Translations under genes and position numbers: made by a program
In this document: piece after piece, positions 1-10,792 of the stretch
Numbering within the stretch: position 1 is the stretch's first letter
How the letters are laid out: every line of letters starts with the position of its first letter
Assembly: GCA_038244715.1 (NCBI GenBank)
Contig: JBBRTE010000001.1
Coordinates: 234,877 to 298,876 of the forward strand
Direction of reading: 5' to 3'
Source of the DNA: Thermoanaerobaculia bacterium
Lineage (GTDB): Bacteria > Acidobacteriota > Thermoanaerobaculia > Gp7-AA8
DNA: 64,000 nt
Notes under the pieces: model-generated
Seen by the model: only the letters and a program-made list of their open reading frames with translations
The model's database searches: none
Told to the model about the DNA's origin: nothing

Positions 1-301
1 GCCGCAGGAATTCGGCTTCCGCACCGGCTCCCCCATCCATCAGCGGGTTGACGAGACCAATCAGCAGCCGGTCGGGACGGCGCAGTTCCTTGGCGACGCT
101 GAGGGCCAGGGCGCGATCCTGCACGAGATCGAGCAGGACGATGCGCGGATCGAAATCGCGCGCGAGCTGCACAGCCGCGCCCGCGGTTCCGGCATGACGC
201 GCGGCGATGGAGTGTTTGTGCGCGCGGCGGACGACGTTCTCGATCTCCCGCCGCACGGCCGGGTCTCCATGAACGATCAGCACCCGATCGGTGCGCCCCA
301 T
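1..301 (-). CDS. Partial CDS (runs off left edge): receiver-like N-terminus, probably CpaE/TadZ-type pilus assembly protein
   Basis: Not in ORF track. ATG at 301 overlaps the TGA of the upstream pilin-like gene. Open frame reads MGRTDRVLIVHGDPAVRREIE...DFDPRIVLLDL...AEAEFLR, a degenerate receiver fold. Confidence 0.55.
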   Translation of the reverse strand, partial: MGRTDRVLIVHGDPAVRREIENVVRRAHKHSIAARHAGTAGAAVQLARDFDPRIVLLDLVQDRALALSVAKELRRPDRLLIGLVNPLMDGGAGAEAEFLR

Positions 302-1017
302 CAAGGCCACGGGTCACCCTCTTTCTTCGGTGCGGTAGCCGCGCTGATCGGCGGTCCGACCAGAGTCGTGGGCGTCCAGTAAGGAGGGGTGTAGATCGTG
401 TTCATCGACGTGACGAGGTTCGCGGGGATAAGCGCCGCGCGCAGTACGGGATCGTCGATCACCGGCTGGCAATTGAGGCTGTAGCGTTCGGACACCCAGC
501 GCGACGCGGGCGTGACCGCGGGGGCCCCGCCGCCGGGCCTCGACCGGTAGAGCACATTCTGGTCGGTGCCCGAGATCCCGATCGCGTAGGCGGTACCTTG
601 CAGACCATAGAGGTCCGACACCTCCCCCACCGTCCCCGAAGTGGGATTGGTCGGATCGAGCATCCACGAGGCGCCTGTGCAATTGGCGTTGTCGTAGTAC
701 ACCGACTGCCGGGTCGTGAAGTTGTTGGCGCGCACGCCGAGAAGTGCGGCGAGCGGGGGCGACGAGCTGGGATCGCGATAGATGATCTCGGGCGCTTCGA
801 GCGCATTGAAGCTGACCGCACGACCGACCAGCACGCTGCTTCCCGAGGGCGCCTTCGAGTCGTAGATGAAGATCGTGCGATTGAAATAGTCCCCCGCCTC
901 CTGCACGAAATGCTGCTGGATCAGGACCATCACGAAGATCGCCACAACGCCGAAGATGCTGAGCAGGACCAGGAGCTCGAGCGTGAGAATGAATCCTCGC
1001 GGCCGGCGACGGCGCAT
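301..1017 (-). CDS. Prepilin-like (class III signal peptide) exported protein, Tad/Flp pseudopilin-like
   Basis: MRRRRPRG|FILTLELLVLLSIFGVVAIFVMVL: basic leader, Gly, Glu and hydrophobic helix, followed by a soluble domain with two Cys. Confidence 0.6.
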   Translation of the reverse strand: MRRRRPRGFILTLELLVLLSIFGVVAIFVMVLIQQHFVQEAGDYFNRTIFIYDSKAPSGSSVLVGRAVSFNALEAPEIIYRDPSSSPPLAALLGVRANNFTTRQSVYYDNANCTGASWMLDPTNPTSGTVGEVSDLYGLQGTAYAIGISGTDQNVLYRSRPGGGAPAVTPASRWVSERYSLNCQPVIDDPVLRAALIPANLVTSMNTIYTPPYWTPTTLVGPPISAATAPKKEGDPWP

Positions 1018-1259
1018 GCCTGCGCCCGCTCCAGCACCCACACTCCCGACTTCCTGTGTCGTCGACGGTCGCAGAGCCTCTCTCCTCTTGGGCGATACCG
1101 CGAAAAAAACGAACAGCGCAACTACAGGGATTCAATCGCGTTCAAGGCGCAGGAATCCGCAGCTGCGTGAAATTGCTTGGAAATTGGAACCCGTCAAGAG
1201 AATACACGCGTTCCGAACCGGCCGCTACAGACGAGGCCACGCCGCGCACCGGTCAGGTC

Positions 1260-1667
1260 TTACAACGCCACCGGCGTGATCTTTCCTCTCACATGAACGG
1301 TTTCGCCGAGCATCTCGGCGCAGAATCGCGCCAGATCCTCGTTCGTGAAGTCGTCCCACGAGCGACAGGTCTCGTAACACATCGCCTGCACATCGCAGCA
1401 GAGGAGCGTGCCCTCCTGCTTCTGTCGCTCGAGCTGAAGGGCGTTGGCGCGCGACTCCAGTTCCTCGCGCGTAAGATGTTCCACGCCGTCGATCGCGGCC
1501 GCATAGCGGAACCGCAGCTCGTCATGATCGTCGCGACGGAAGCCGCGGCAGAAGATGTCCTTCTCCGCCGCGATCAGGCAGACCGATTTCCCCTCTTCCT
1601 TCAGTGAGATCAGTTTACGGCGCAGGCGGGCCACAGCAGCCTCTCGTGTCAGGACGATTTCGTTCAT
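1260..1667 (-). CDS. Uncharacterised 135-aa Cys-motif protein (paralog of 34849..35247)
   Basis: ATGA overlap with upstream ATP-grasp gene. Shares AAEKxIFCRG, CDVQ and CRxWDDFTNE motifs with the 34849 ORF. Confidence 0.85.
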   Translation of the reverse strand: MNEIVLTREAAVARLRRKLISLKEEGKSVCLIAAEKDIFCRGFRRDDHDELRFRYAAAIDGVEHLTREELESRANALQLERQKQEGTLLCCDVQAMCYETCRSWDDFTNEDLARFCAEMLGETVHVRGKITPVAL

Positions 1668-3190
1668 CGCGACCTCCCTTCCGTTTCCCGGTCGAGCACT
1701 TCGATGGCGCGGTTAAAAAGGTGCTCCGCTTCCTCTCGGCTGTTGGCGATGGCCGTCATTCCGAATTTTCCGAACTGAGAGACCGCTCCAATCATGTGAA
1801 AGACCACGCCGGTCGTGGTGCGGTGATTGAAGTCGAGATGGTTCACCGTGACGATCTCGATCAGATCTTCCGGCAGCAGGCCCCTGTACGCCTCGGACTG
1901 CACGTTGTCCGATGCCCGGTAGAACTTCGGTAACCCGTCCAATCCGTATAGCAAACCAGAGGTGCGATCGAGCTCGCCACCCGTGAGAAAACGGAGTGCG
2001 AGCATGGGATGGGTCGTTCCCCCCATGCGGAGGTTGATCTCGATGGCGGTCAGGAGCCATGGCTCATCCGCACGGTTCCGGGATGCGAGGAAATCGACGG
2101 ACAGCCGTCCGATCACACCACGCGCCGCGAGCTCCCTTCCCACGAGCAGAGCCTGACGCTGCAATTCCAGACGGTAGTCGTCTTGCGCGGGGAACACGCA
2201 TCCGAGAAACACCTGCTGACACGGTCCACCGAGGATCTGTTCGTGTGTCGAGGCGAGGATTACATCCATGCGCGGATTGATGCGCAGTTGCACGCTCGGC
2301 GACCGTACCTCGCTCGCTTCGATCATCTCCTCCGCCACGCCTCCACCCGCGGCGAACTTTGCGAGAAATGCAGGGACCGACTCCGATTCGACCGAAAACT
2401 GCAGCGAACCGAGAGCGCGGCGGATGCTGGCTGCGTCCACCTGGGGCGGATACGCGAAACGTGCGTTCCCTTCGCCCGAGAATCCGTGGTTGAGCTTGAG
2501 GACGGCGTGTCGGATCGCAGGCCGGTGGTCATGAATCGCGAGCAGGGCGCCGACGATGTCGTCGGCGGAGTGCAGATGTTCGCGTCCAAACGGCAGGTGG
2601 ATCCCGACGGCAGCGAAGATCGTGCGCCCCTCAGATTTTAACCCGAGGTGGACCAGGCGCGGATCAGGGGCGTTGAGAGGGACGTCGAGCGCGACCGCCA
2701 GCTTCCGTTCGAGCGGTGTGGAGTTGTAGACCGTCAGATACGCCCGGCTCGAATTGGGAATGCTCGCGCGGATGCGCTCCAGCACACGCGGGCGTTCCAG
2801 AACCTTCTCTGTCAGCGACCGGGGCGAGCTGTCATAGACGCAGATCAGAGTGAGGCGGGCTCTGGCGTGACTGGCGGGGATTCCGGCGAGAAGGTGCAGA
2901 TAGTAGTCGACCACCATCGGATGCAGCGGCTGCGACGTCACGTAGACCACGTTCGCGCGCGGGTTGCGAAGGCGCATGAGAAGAAACAGCAGCCGCTCCT
3001 CGTAGAAGGAAATGCCGGGGATCTTTGTCATCTCGGCCTGGTCGAGTGTGAGCGATGGCACGATGACGGAGGTGTAGGTCTCGTCATCGCCCGGGAAGAC
3101 GACGTCCCACAAATCACTGAGACGCGGTTTGAGCCGCTCGAACGCCTCGATCTCGATTTCCTCGCCGGTGGGCGCGACGCTGACGGTCAT
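1664..3190 (-). CDS. PGM1-related ATP-grasp peptide/carboxylate-amine ligase
   Basis: YEERLLFLL N-domain, KLNHGFSGEGNA, SPSVQ, STHEQILGG and IEINLRMGGTTHP ATP-grasp motifs. Confidence 0.85.
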   Translation of the reverse strand: MTVSVAPTGEEIEIEAFERLKPRLSDLWDVVFPGDDETYTSVIVPSLTLDQAEMTKIPGISFYEERLLFLLMRLRNPRANVVYVTSQPLHPMVVDYYLHLLAGIPASHARARLTLICVYDSSPRSLTEKVLERPRVLERIRASIPNSSRAYLTVYNSTPLERKLAVALDVPLNAPDPRLVHLGLKSEGRTIFAAVGIHLPFGREHLHSADDIVGALLAIHDHRPAIRHAVLKLNHGFSGEGNARFAYPPQVDAASIRRALGSLQFSVESESVPAFLAKFAAGGGVAEEMIEASEVRSPSVQLRINPRMDVILASTHEQILGGPCQQVFLGCVFPAQDDYRLELQRQALLVGRELAARGVIGRLSVDFLASRNRADEPWLLTAIEINLRMGGTTHPMLALRFLTGGELDRTSGLLYGLDGLPKFYRASDNVQSEAYRGLLPEDLIEIVTVNHLDFNHRTTTGVVFHMIGAVSQFGKFGMTAIANSREEAEHLFNRAIEVLDRETEGRSR

Positions 3191-3248
3191 GGCACTGATC
3201 AGAGCAGTTCCGGACGATGATCAGAAATGCCGGAGAGCACACACACGG

Positions 3249-3263
3249 GTGATGCCAGTCACA
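3249..3263. promoter_or_regulatory. CRP/FNR-family box GTGA-tgccag-TCACA
   Basis: Palindromic half-sites about 60 nt upstream of the ATP-grasp start. Confidence 0.6.
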
Positions 3264-3301
3264 ATAGCGTTCACGCCGGGACGTCGGGGAGCCGGCTGGT
3301 T

Positions 3302-4342
3302 CTATGCCGCTCCGGCGAGCACCGAGCCGACCGTCCGCCGCGGCATCGTTCGCGCCTCGTGCGAGGCGGAGCCGATCCGGATCAGCAACTGCGCCGGCGC
3401 GCTCGTACCCGAGAGCTCCTGGACGCGTGCGCGCAGCGTTTCAGTTTCGATCGCCTGATTGAGAAACGAATACTGCAGACCGTTCTCCGTGATCGTCAAC
3501 AGCAGGGTCTCGAGGGCCTCCCCCGCCCGCAGCAACGACACGCGGTCATCCGGGGCGCTGACGACCAGCAGCGTCGATGCGCTCTCGGCCAGGCGCCGAT
3601 CCCGCGATCCATACCATGCGCCCGCGTTGAATTTACGGACCAGCCATGCCGCGGCCGACGCCAGGAATCGCGGGATGCCGAACGCCTCGGCGGAGATACC
3701 GTCCGAGTGCGCACCGTCATCGGCGCGAATCCATTCGGCCATCTCCGCGCGGACGGCCGGCCGGCTCATCTGCAACCGCTCGGCATACTCGATGAGCTCC
3801 GCGGCCCGATGGTTCTCGTCGGGGAGAATCAACCGGAACGTCTCCGGAAACTTCGCCAGCACATCACACAGACGAGACAGCGACCGCGGCTCGATCCGCC
3901 TGCCGTCGAACGGGGAGCGGTTCGTATGACGCTTCTGAATCGAACCAAAGAGCGACGAGAGCCAGGCATCGGGACCGCACGTCTCACAGACGTGGATGTA
4001 GGCGACCGGCACGCGCTCTTCCGGACGGGCGTCGTAGCGGACGCGGGTCACGTATCCGAAATGAGCGGCCGCGACGCGAAAATTCGTCATCGCGGCACCA
4101 ACGCTCAGAAAGAGCTCACGGTCGTGAGGATCGATCGTCAGCAGACGCCGCGAGTAGTCGGCAAAGACCTCGACGCCCGCCGTGGTAATCCGGAACGACC
4201 AGGGCTGCGTATTCCGGTTCGAAGGTGCCAGCACGGCGTACCGGAGGAGAAACTCCATCCGCTCCCGGTGGGTCTCGAGGTCGTAGAACTCCGATCCGTC
4301 GATCTGCCACGGGGTGACGCATGGATCAAATGGTTCGCGCAT
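3302..4342 (-). CDS. Acg-family FMN-binding nitroreductase-like protein
   Basis: LAPSNRNTQPWSF, LSVGAA and IQKRHTNRSPF motifs. Start taken at the ATG of MREPF. Confidence 0.85.
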   Translation of the reverse strand: MREPFDPCVTPWQIDGSEFYDLETHRERMEFLLRYAVLAPSNRNTQPWSFRITTAGVEVFADYSRRLLTIDPHDRELFLSVGAAMTNFRVAAAHFGYVTRVRYDARPEERVPVAYIHVCETCGPDAWLSSLFGSIQKRHTNRSPFDGRRIEPRSLSRLCDVLAKFPETFRLILPDENHRAAELIEYAERLQMSRPAVRAEMAEWIRADDGAHSDGISAEAFGIPRFLASAAAWLVRKFNAGAWYGSRDRRLAESASTLLVVSAPDDRVSLLRAGEALETLLLTITENGLQYSFLNQAIETETLRARVQELSGTSAPAQLLIRIGSASHEARTMPRRTVGSVLAGAA

Positions 4343-4397
4343 TGGTCGCCTCGACGCTACGTTAGGAGGGACCACGATCCGGCGGGAATGACTGCCG

Positions 4398-5468
4398 TCA
4401 TACCAGGGTGTGATCGTTCTCACGCGGCGATGGAACCGCATCAGGGCCGGAGCGCACCAGTGTGAGAACGAGACCGATGAATGTCAGTCCCCATGCAGCC
4501 AGCGCCACAAATACGAACACCCGCGGAATGATGAACAGGAAATCAAGAGCGGCTGCCTTGGCCAGCCGGTACGTGCAGACAGTGTACATGCCGAGCGGAA
4601 AGACCGCGCCCCAGTACAACGGGTTGTAGGTCAGCGGAAACCGTCGGTACACGTGCCGCCAGAATCCGAGGATGAGCAGCATCGGAATCCACCAGGTCGC
4701 GGTTGACCAGAAGAACAGCGTGAATCCCAGGAGGAACGGTCCCAGCTTACCCAGAAGAGCGGAGCCGGGCTGATTGGCGATCAACAGCGTACCGGCCAGC
4801 GTCGAAATCGCCATCGCACCCATGTTGATCCAGTACGGAGGCATCAGATCCGAGGGAGCGAATCGAAAGAATGTGTAGCGATAGAAGATCAGGGAGATCA
4901 GCCAGATGTAGAGCATCCCGCCCGCAAGCCAGAACGAGAGGCTGACGAACAAAAGCCTTTCCGCGTGCGCGGAGAATGACGGCGCGAGTAACGAGGCCAG
5001 CGTCGACACCGACTCGGTCGCCACGACCGCGACGAGCCAGCCGCCGCTGATCCCCTGATCGAGCGCCGGTTTGACCTCTTTCACCGTGAAGGCGGCGAAC
5101 ACGGCATAGATGAGAACGAGCCAGAGCGCGAGCGTGATGAACCAGAACACGAGCCCGACGCGAGGGTTCTGCAGGAGGATCACGACCTGCGAGCCGAGCA
5201 CGCTGGTAGCGGCAACCATCGTGAAAAAGCCGACGCCGCGCTGATGGTCGATCAGATCGGCGAACACCTCGCGCGGAAAGCGCACGATGCGGAAAATCGT
5301 CAGCACGACGAGGCAGGCAAACGCGACGGCGTTGACAGCGAGCAGCGCCATCGCGATCATGCTCATCCCCATCATCTTTGCGGCGATCGAGACGATTCCC
5401 GTCGCCATCACCAGAGCAAAATAGGCGGGATGCAACGTCCGCAAGCCTTCCATCCGCCCGGGGCTCAC
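4398..5468 (-). CDS. TDT/SLAC1 family (tellurite resistance/C4-dicarboxylate) anion channel
   Basis: PAYFALVMATGIVS, PPYWINMGAMAI and YWGAVFPLGMY motifs; about 10 TM helices. Confidence 0.9.
   Translation of the reverse strand: MSPGRMEGLRTLHPAYFALVMATGIVSIAAKMMGMSMIAMALLAVNAVAFACLVVLTIFRIVRFPREVFADLIDHQRGVGFFTMVAATSVLGSQVVILLQNPRVGLVFWFITLALWLVLIYAVFAAFTVKEVKPALDQGISGGWLVAVVATESVSTLASLLAPSFSAHAERLLFVSLSFWLAGGMLYIWLISLIFYRYTFFRFAPSDLMPPYWINMGAMAISTLAGTLLIANQPGSALLGKLGPFLLGFTLFFWSTATWWIPMLLILGFWRHVYRRFPLTYNPLYWGAVFPLGMYTVCTYRLAKAAALDFLFIIPRVFVFVALAAWGLTFIGLVLTLVRSGPDAVPSPRENDHTLV
4409..4423. promoter_or_regulatory. CRP/FNR-family box TGTGA-tcgttc-TCAC
   Basis: Upstream of the Acg gene, lying within the 3' end of the TDT gene. 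Confidence 0.55.
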
Positions 5469-5689
5469 GGCCGCTCCATCTGGTAGACGTACCAGAGCAG
5501 GCCGCCGTTCAGAAACAGACAGAGGATGCTGGCGATCGCCGCGGGGTTGATGGCCGCTTCGTCCCCACCGAGAAACGCATTCATGGTGGCCGTGAGCAGC
5601 CAGAGCTGCATCACGACGATGATCAGCACGATGCAGAGGATTCCGAAGACGATCGTCATCTTCTGGCGCCGGGAAAAACGGCGCCTCAT
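5465..5689 (-). CDS. Small two-TM membrane protein (DUF6755-like)
   Basis: ATGA overlap with Rieske stop. [21 protein letters not shown]...QLWLLTATMNAFLGG. Confidence 0.75.
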   Translation of the reverse strand: MRRRFSRRQKMTIVFGILCIVLIIVVMQLWLLTATMNAFLGGDEAAINPAAIASILCLFLNGGLLWYVYQMERP

Positions 5690-6237
5690 GCGCGCACCTC
5701 GACTCCCGTGGCGTAGAGCACCCCGTCGCGGATCTCCAGTGTGACGCGCGGCAGCGGGCGGCGTGGCGGGCCTGCCGTCGCCTCTCCCGTGGCCAGGTCG
5801 AAGAAGCCGTGATGACAGGGGCAGTAGAGGCAGTTCTTCTCCGGCTGCGGCACCACCGCGCAGCTCAGGTGCGTGCACTTCTGGCCATAGGCGACGAAGC
5901 GATCGGGAGCCGTTCGCACGAGAACGCAGTCGTCGTGTGGCTCGGGATAGGCGAACGTGAGTGCGCCGCCCACGGGAATCGCATCCAGCTTCGCGATCCT
6001 CCGCACCGGCGGACGTCCTCTCCGTTTGCGGGCCAGGTTCTCCACCGCGATCCACACCTGGCCCACGGCAAACGCGAAACTCGTCAGGACAAGGAACTTG
6101 GTGAAGTCGCGGCGGGCCACGAGCTCGTCCTGCGGCCAGTCGATGGGGAAGTCGTTCCGCCACTGGGGCTGGTCGTGATACGGCCTGCCATCCGGCGGGA
6201 CGGAGAGCTGATCGGGGTTCTTTAGGGTCATCGTCAC
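5686..6237 (-). CDS. Rieske [2Fe-2S] protein with Tat-like RRDF and TM helix
   Basis: CTHLSC...CPCHHG and GPPRRPL motifs. Confidence 0.92.
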   Translation of the reverse strand: MTMTLKNPDQLSVPPDGRPYHDQPQWRNDFPIDWPQDELVARRDFTKFLVLTSFAFAVGQVWIAVENLARKRRGRPPVRRIAKLDAIPVGGALTFAYPEPHDDCVLVRTAPDRFVAYGQKCTHLSCAVVPQPEKNCLYCPCHHGFFDLATGEATAGPPRRPLPRVTLEIRDGVLYATGVEVRA

Positions 6238-6854
6238 ATCTCGTCGAAGACGTTGTCGAGCATGCCCGTGGGATTCACGGGCGCTTCGTTCATGGCTGCG
6301 GTGACGTCGATGTGCTGCACCGCGGCGTCACGGGGGACCATCATGTGGACTTTCGTGGTGATGACCTGATTGCCGAAGCGGAATGTGTTGACCGGCTCGG
6401 AGCGCGGGCGTTCGCGCGCGATGTCTTCGCGGGTGCCGAAGTAGAGCGCGCCACTCGGGCAGACCGAAGCGCACATCGGCTTCGATCCGACGGAGGTGCG
6501 GTCGTAACAGAGGTCGCACTTCATCATCAGCGAGTACTCGACCTCCATCTTCGGCACGCCGAAGGGACACGCCAGCACGCAGTTATTGCAGGCGATGCAG
6601 CGCGGCTTCCTGGCCGTCTGCACGACGCCGTCGTCCGTCCGCTTGATCGCATCGGCGGGACAGACTTCCGCGCACGTCGGCGAGTCGCAATGCATGCAGA
6701 CCACCGGCACGGTCTGGACCGAGATCGGCCGCTGCACGTACTGGAGGTGGATCATCGAATGACCTTTGTGCGTGTCGCATTCCGAGCAGGCGGCCACACA
6801 CGACTGGCAGCCGATGCAGCGGTTCGGATCGATGAAGAACTCCTGCATGTTCAT
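6234..6854 (-). CDS. 4Fe-4S dicluster electron-transfer subunit (DmsB/NrfC-like)
   Basis: Four Cys groups: [37 protein letters not shown] and KCDLC...PMCASVCP. Confidence 0.92.
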   Translation of the reverse strand: MNMQEFFIDPNRCIGCQSCVAACSECDTHKGHSMIHLQYVQRPISVQTVPVVCMHCDSPTCAEVCPADAIKRTDDGVVQTARKPRCIACNNCVLACPFGVPKMEVEYSLMMKCDLCYDRTSVGSKPMCASVCPSGALYFGTREDIARERPRSEPVNTFRFGNQVITTKVHMMVPRDAAVQHIDVTAAMNEAPVNPTGMLDNVFDEM

Positions 6855-6939
6855 CGCGAACCGCCGCACTTCGGATGGGCAGACCCCAGACCAATCGAAC
6901 GGACAGGAAGCGAAGCAGCGCTCCCGGTTGTGACTCCTC

Positions 6940-9153
6940 TCATGGGCCCGCCACCTTCTCGATCTTCACCGCACACACCTTGTATTCCGGGATCTTCGAG
7001 ACCGGGTCCTGCGCCGCAATCGTGAGCTGATTCGCCGACTTCCGCCCTGCCCAGTGATACGGAATGAAGATCGTATCGGGGCGGATCGTGGTCACGACTT
7101 GGGCCTGCAGGGTGAGGTCGCCGCGCCGTGACGCCGCCGTCACCCAGTCGCCATCTGCGATTCCGTACTTCGCCGCGAGCTTCGGATGCATCTCGATCCG
7201 CGGCTCGGGATATTGATCGACCAACGGCCCGATCCGCCGCGTCTGCGTCCCGGATAGGAACTGACTGACGACCCTGCCGGTCGTGAGGATGATCGGGTAC
7301 TCGTCGTCGACATCTTCGGCGGGAGGCCGGTACGCCGGCACGTTGAATCGAGCCTTGCCGTCGGGGAAGTAGAACGGCCCCGCACCCTTCGCCACCGGAT
7401 TCCACGACGCCTCTTCGAACAGCCTCGGCGTCCCCGGATGATCTTCCGACGGACAGGGCCAGAAGATCCCGTTGTTTGCTTCGATCTTCTCGTAGCTGAT
7501 CCCGAAGTAGTCCGCCACGCCCCCTTTCGAGGCGACGCGCAGCTCATCGAAGATCGCGCGCGGACTGTCGAACGTCATGCCGTGCGGGCGGCCCATCGCC
7601 TGGGCGATGTCCTGAATGATGCGCCAATCCTGCGTGGCATCACCCGGCGGATCGACGGCCTTGTTGATCTTGATCACCCGTCCCTCGACCTGCGCCACGA
7701 CCCCTTCGTCTTCCTCGTGCAGCGATCCCGGCAGGACGATGTCGGCGTGCTGCGCCGTCTCGCTGAGGAAGAAATCGATGACGGTGAAGAACTCGAGCTT
7801 CTCCAGCGCCTTGGTGACAAACGCGTTGTCGGGAAGGGAGACCTTCGGGTTGAAGCAGATGTTCAGCAGGCCTTTGATCTCGCCCGAGTCGATCTTCCGC
7901 ATCATCTCGTAGCAGTCGACGCCCGCCTCCGGGATCTCTTCCGGCTTCACGTCCCAGACGCCGGCGATGTACTCGCGGTGCGCCGGATTGCTGATGTCCC
8001 GCCATCCGGGGAGCTGGTCACACTTCTGCCCGTGCTCGCGCCCCCCCTGCCCGTTGCCCTGACCGACGACTGTCCCGTACGCGCAGAACTCGCGACCGAT
8101 CCGGCCGGAGGCGAGCACGATGTTGATGGCGCTGAGGCAGTTCTCGACCCCATGCGAGTGATGCTCGATCCCGCGGGCGTGCATCAGGAAACTCGTCTTG
8201 GCCTGACCCCACAGTTCTGCAGCCTGTCGGATCGACTTCTCTGCGACGCCCGTCACCTCGGCCGTCCGTTTGGGCGTCCACTGATGCACATGCTCCGCGA
8301 CGGCGTCGAAGCCGGTGGTGTGGTTGTCGATAAATGCATGATCGAGCCAGTCGTTCTCGATCATGAGATTGAGGATCCCATTGAACAGCGCGACGTCACG
8401 GCCCGGTTTCACGGGGAGGAAGACATCCGCGGTACGCGCGATCGGCGTGATGCGCGGATCGATCACGATCACCTTCCCGCCGTTCTCGCGGGCCTGCCAC
8501 ACGTAGTTCGTCGTGATGGGCGAGCATTCCGCGGTATTCGAGCCGGCGATGAGCACCACCTCCGCGCCGAGGATGTCGGACCACGGACTGGCGCTCCGGT
8601 CGATGCCGAAGGCTTTCTTGTTCGCCGCGCCGGCGCTGACCATGCAAAGCCGGCCGTTGTAGTCGATGTACTTCGTCTTGAGACAGACGCGAGCGAACTT
8701 GCCCATCAGATACGACTTCTCGGTGGTCAGGCTGGCACCGGAGAGCACACCGAACGCATTCGGTCCGTAGGTCGTCTGAATGCGTTCGATCTCCGCCGCC
8801 ACTTTCCGGATCGCCTCGTCATAGGCGATCGGACGGAATCCCGTCGCCGATGACGGATCGCGCGCCAGTGCCGTGACGAGCCGATCCTGATGACCACCCT
8901 GCAGGTATCGCTTCACCCCTTTCGGGCAGAGCATCCCCTTGTTGAACGGAAAGTCGTACCAGGGCTCGAATCCGATGACGGTGTTGTCCTTCACCTTGAG
9001 CTGAATCCCGCATTGCTGCCCACAGAAACAGCAGTGCGTCTTGACGATCCTGTCCGGCTCGACGCCGGTGTCAAGCCGGAGCCCTTCCATGCGGTTGAGG
9101 TGCGGACCAAAAGCATCGATGAGAACATCCTGTTCTCGGGGAAGTGTCGCCAT
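6940..9153 (-). CDS. Mo/W-bisPGD oxidoreductase catalytic subunit, NasA/NapA-like nitrate reductase family, no Tat signal
   Basis: CCFCGQQCG...CPKG FS0 motif, NGRLCM Cys ligand, [10 protein letters not shown] and LTTGR. Start MATLP overlaps upstream TAA. Confidence 0.88.
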   Translation of the reverse strand: MATLPREQDVLIDAFGPHLNRMEGLRLDTGVEPDRIVKTHCCFCGQQCGIQLKVKDNTVIGFEPWYDFPFNKGMLCPKGVKRYLQGGHQDRLVTALARDPSSATGFRPIAYDEAIRKVAAEIERIQTTYGPNAFGVLSGASLTTEKSYLMGKFARVCLKTKYIDYNGRLCMVSAGAANKKAFGIDRSASPWSDILGAEVVLIAGSNTAECSPITTNYVWQARENGGKVIVIDPRITPIARTADVFLPVKPGRDVALFNGILNLMIENDWLDHAFIDNHTTGFDAVAEHVHQWTPKRTAEVTGVAEKSIRQAAELWGQAKTSFLMHARGIEHHSHGVENCLSAINIVLASGRIGREFCAYGTVVGQGNGQGGREHGQKCDQLPGWRDISNPAHREYIAGVWDVKPEEIPEAGVDCYEMMRKIDSGEIKGLLNICFNPKVSLPDNAFVTKALEKLEFFTVIDFFLSETAQHADIVLPGSLHEEDEGVVAQVEGRVIKINKAVDPPGDATQDWRIIQDIAQAMGRPHGMTFDSPRAIFDELRVASKGGVADYFGISYEKIEANNGIFWPCPSEDHPGTPRLFEEASWNPVAKGAGPFYFPDGKARFNVPAYRPPAEDVDDEYPIILTTGRVVSQFLSGTQTRRIGPLVDQYPEPRIEMHPKLAAKYGIADGDWVTAASRRGDLTLQAQVVTTIRPDTIFIPYHWAGRKSANQLTIAAQDPVSKIPEYKVCAVKIEKVAGP

Positions 9154-10223
9154 TAGCTCTCTGTCCTCGCGGTCTGATGCCACAGATCGCCTTGTGCAAT
9201 CGCGAGCAGCGAACGCCGGCATGGAGGGCATATCCGCTGGTAGTGCTCGACTTCGGGAACGTCCACTTCGTAGCGGTAACCAAGGGCGCGCTCGACGGCG
9301 ATGAGGTCGTTGATCTGGAGGAGCGGTGCGTACTCCGCGTTGCAGCGACGGCACTTGGCCATCCCCTCCAGTGCACCGACATCCTTATAGAAGCTGACAC
9401 CGAGTTGCGCCGGTCGTTGAAAGATGTGGAAGAACTTTCCGAACGGAAGCCAGAGCAGCGTGAAGATCACCGTGATGGCGTGGAGCAACGCCAGGAAGTC
9501 GTAGCCGTAGCCTTTCATCCATGTGTTGCTCGCGGTAAGAAACAGTCCGGTGATACTGATCGCAAACAGGAGCACGAGCGGCAGGATGTCTTCCCCGAAA
9601 CGCTGCACCGCCGCCGCGCCGTGATCGCGCATGCGCCGTCGCAACGCCAGCATGACACCGGCGATGACCAGGAATGCCGACCAGACCAGACCATGGAAGA
9701 TGAGAAACGCCATGAGCGAATGAATCGGAAACGAGCTCGTGGCAAACCCGAAGACGTACGTGCGATACGTGTCGAGATTCCCGGGTACGGTCTGAAAGTG
9801 AATCCAGCCGAAGACCAGCGGGAAGGTGATCGCGAACGCCAGGATGCAGCCCCACATGATGAGAGCGTGCGTGAATCCCCGGGTGCGGTCGCGCCGGAAG
9901 ATGAACCGGTTCAGCGCGAAGTCGTTGACGACTCGTGCGAACCAGTTGCCGACGTTGCGAACCAGATACTTGCGGCTGAAGAACACCTGCCAGCCGCGGA
10001 TCCAGTAGGTTCGGGTCGGTGGCCGCTGCAACCAGATCGAGTAGCGATACGTGATTGCGAACGTGGCAAAGAGCGTTGCGAACGTGTAACCGACGAGGGC
10101 CGCGTCGAAGTGTGCCAGGTTCCTCGATCCGAAAACGATGAGGACGGCCAGGATTCCGGCGAACAGCAGACCCCACAGAAGGGCCACCAACCGCTCCTTA
10201 CCGATGCGACCGAAGGTCATCAA
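9153..10223 (-). CDS. NarI-like polytopic membrane anchor with C-terminal CxxC...CxxC
   Basis: Multiple TM helices with His ([24 protein letters not shown]); CRRC and CPPC near the C-terminus. Confidence 0.7.
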   Translation of the reverse strand: MMTFGRIGKERLVALLWGLLFAGILAVLIVFGSRNLAHFDAALVGYTFATLFATFAITYRYSIWLQRPPTRTYWIRGWQVFFSRKYLVRNVGNWFARVVNDFALNRFIFRRDRTRGFTHALIMWGCILAFAITFPLVFGWIHFQTVPGNLDTYRTYVFGFATSSFPIHSLMAFLIFHGLVWSAFLVIAGVMLALRRRMRDHGAAAVQRFGEDILPLVLLFAISITGLFLTASNTWMKGYGYDFLALLHAITVIFTLLWLPFGKFFHIFQRPAQLGVSFYKDVGALEGMAKCRRCNAEYAPLLQINDLIAVERALGYRYEVDVPEVEHYQRICPPCRRSLLAIAQGDLWHQTARTES

Positions 10224-10332
10224 CCGCTAGCCTATCCCGATTACTTGGGATGCCACAGGATGATTTGTCACCTGGTCAGGTGAGGCTCGGGAACGGAGGC
10301 GGATCACCGCCGCCGCTCCCGGGATCCTGTTC

Positions 10333-10650
10333 CTACTTGAGGGTGCGAATGTGTGCGATCAGAGCGGAGATGTCGGGTGTCGACATCTTCTTCCCGTATG
10401 CCGGCATCTTTCCCTTGCCGCCCGAGATGAGCTTCGTCATCTCGAGATCGGTCTGCTTCTGGACCACGGGCGAGCGAAGATCACGGATCTTCATCGCCTT
10501 GCCGGCGGGAGTCTCCCCCGACCCGTTTGCGCCATGGCACGACACGCACGACGTCTTGTAGAGGGCCGCGCCATCCGAGGCGGCCATCGCCGGCATGGCA
10601 AGCACGAGGGCCATCACTGCGAGAATCACAACTGAGCGGGTACTCATCAT
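10333..10650 (-). CDS. Class I monoheme cytochrome c (copy 1)
   Basis: Signal peptide, CVSCH, distal KMP Met; RBS GAGGAG. Confidence 0.92.
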   Translation of the reverse strand: MMSTRSVVILAVMALVLAMPAMAASDGAALYKTSCVSCHGANGSGETPAGKAMKIRDLRSPVVQKQTDLEMTKLISGGKGKMPAYGKKMSTPDISALIAHIRTLK

Positions 10651-10778
10651 CAGAATCTCCTCTGTTTCATCCTGCAACCTGCGAGAATCGATCCACCGGA
10701 GACCGACCGCCCAGGAACAGCCTCATCCTATCAGCAGGAACAACCTCATCCTCTATCTATCAAGGGAAGCGAGAGAGC

Positions 10779-10792
10779 TGAACGCCATCACA
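10779..10792. promoter_or_regulatory. CRP/FNR-family box TGA-acgcca-TCACA
   Basis: In the divergent intergenic region between cytochrome c and rhodanese genes. Confidence 0.5.

Noticed and set aside
6940-9153. Formate dehydrogenase or selenocysteine in the Mo enzyme
   Set aside because: Active site is RLCM (Cys followed by Met, not His) and there is no in-frame UGA.
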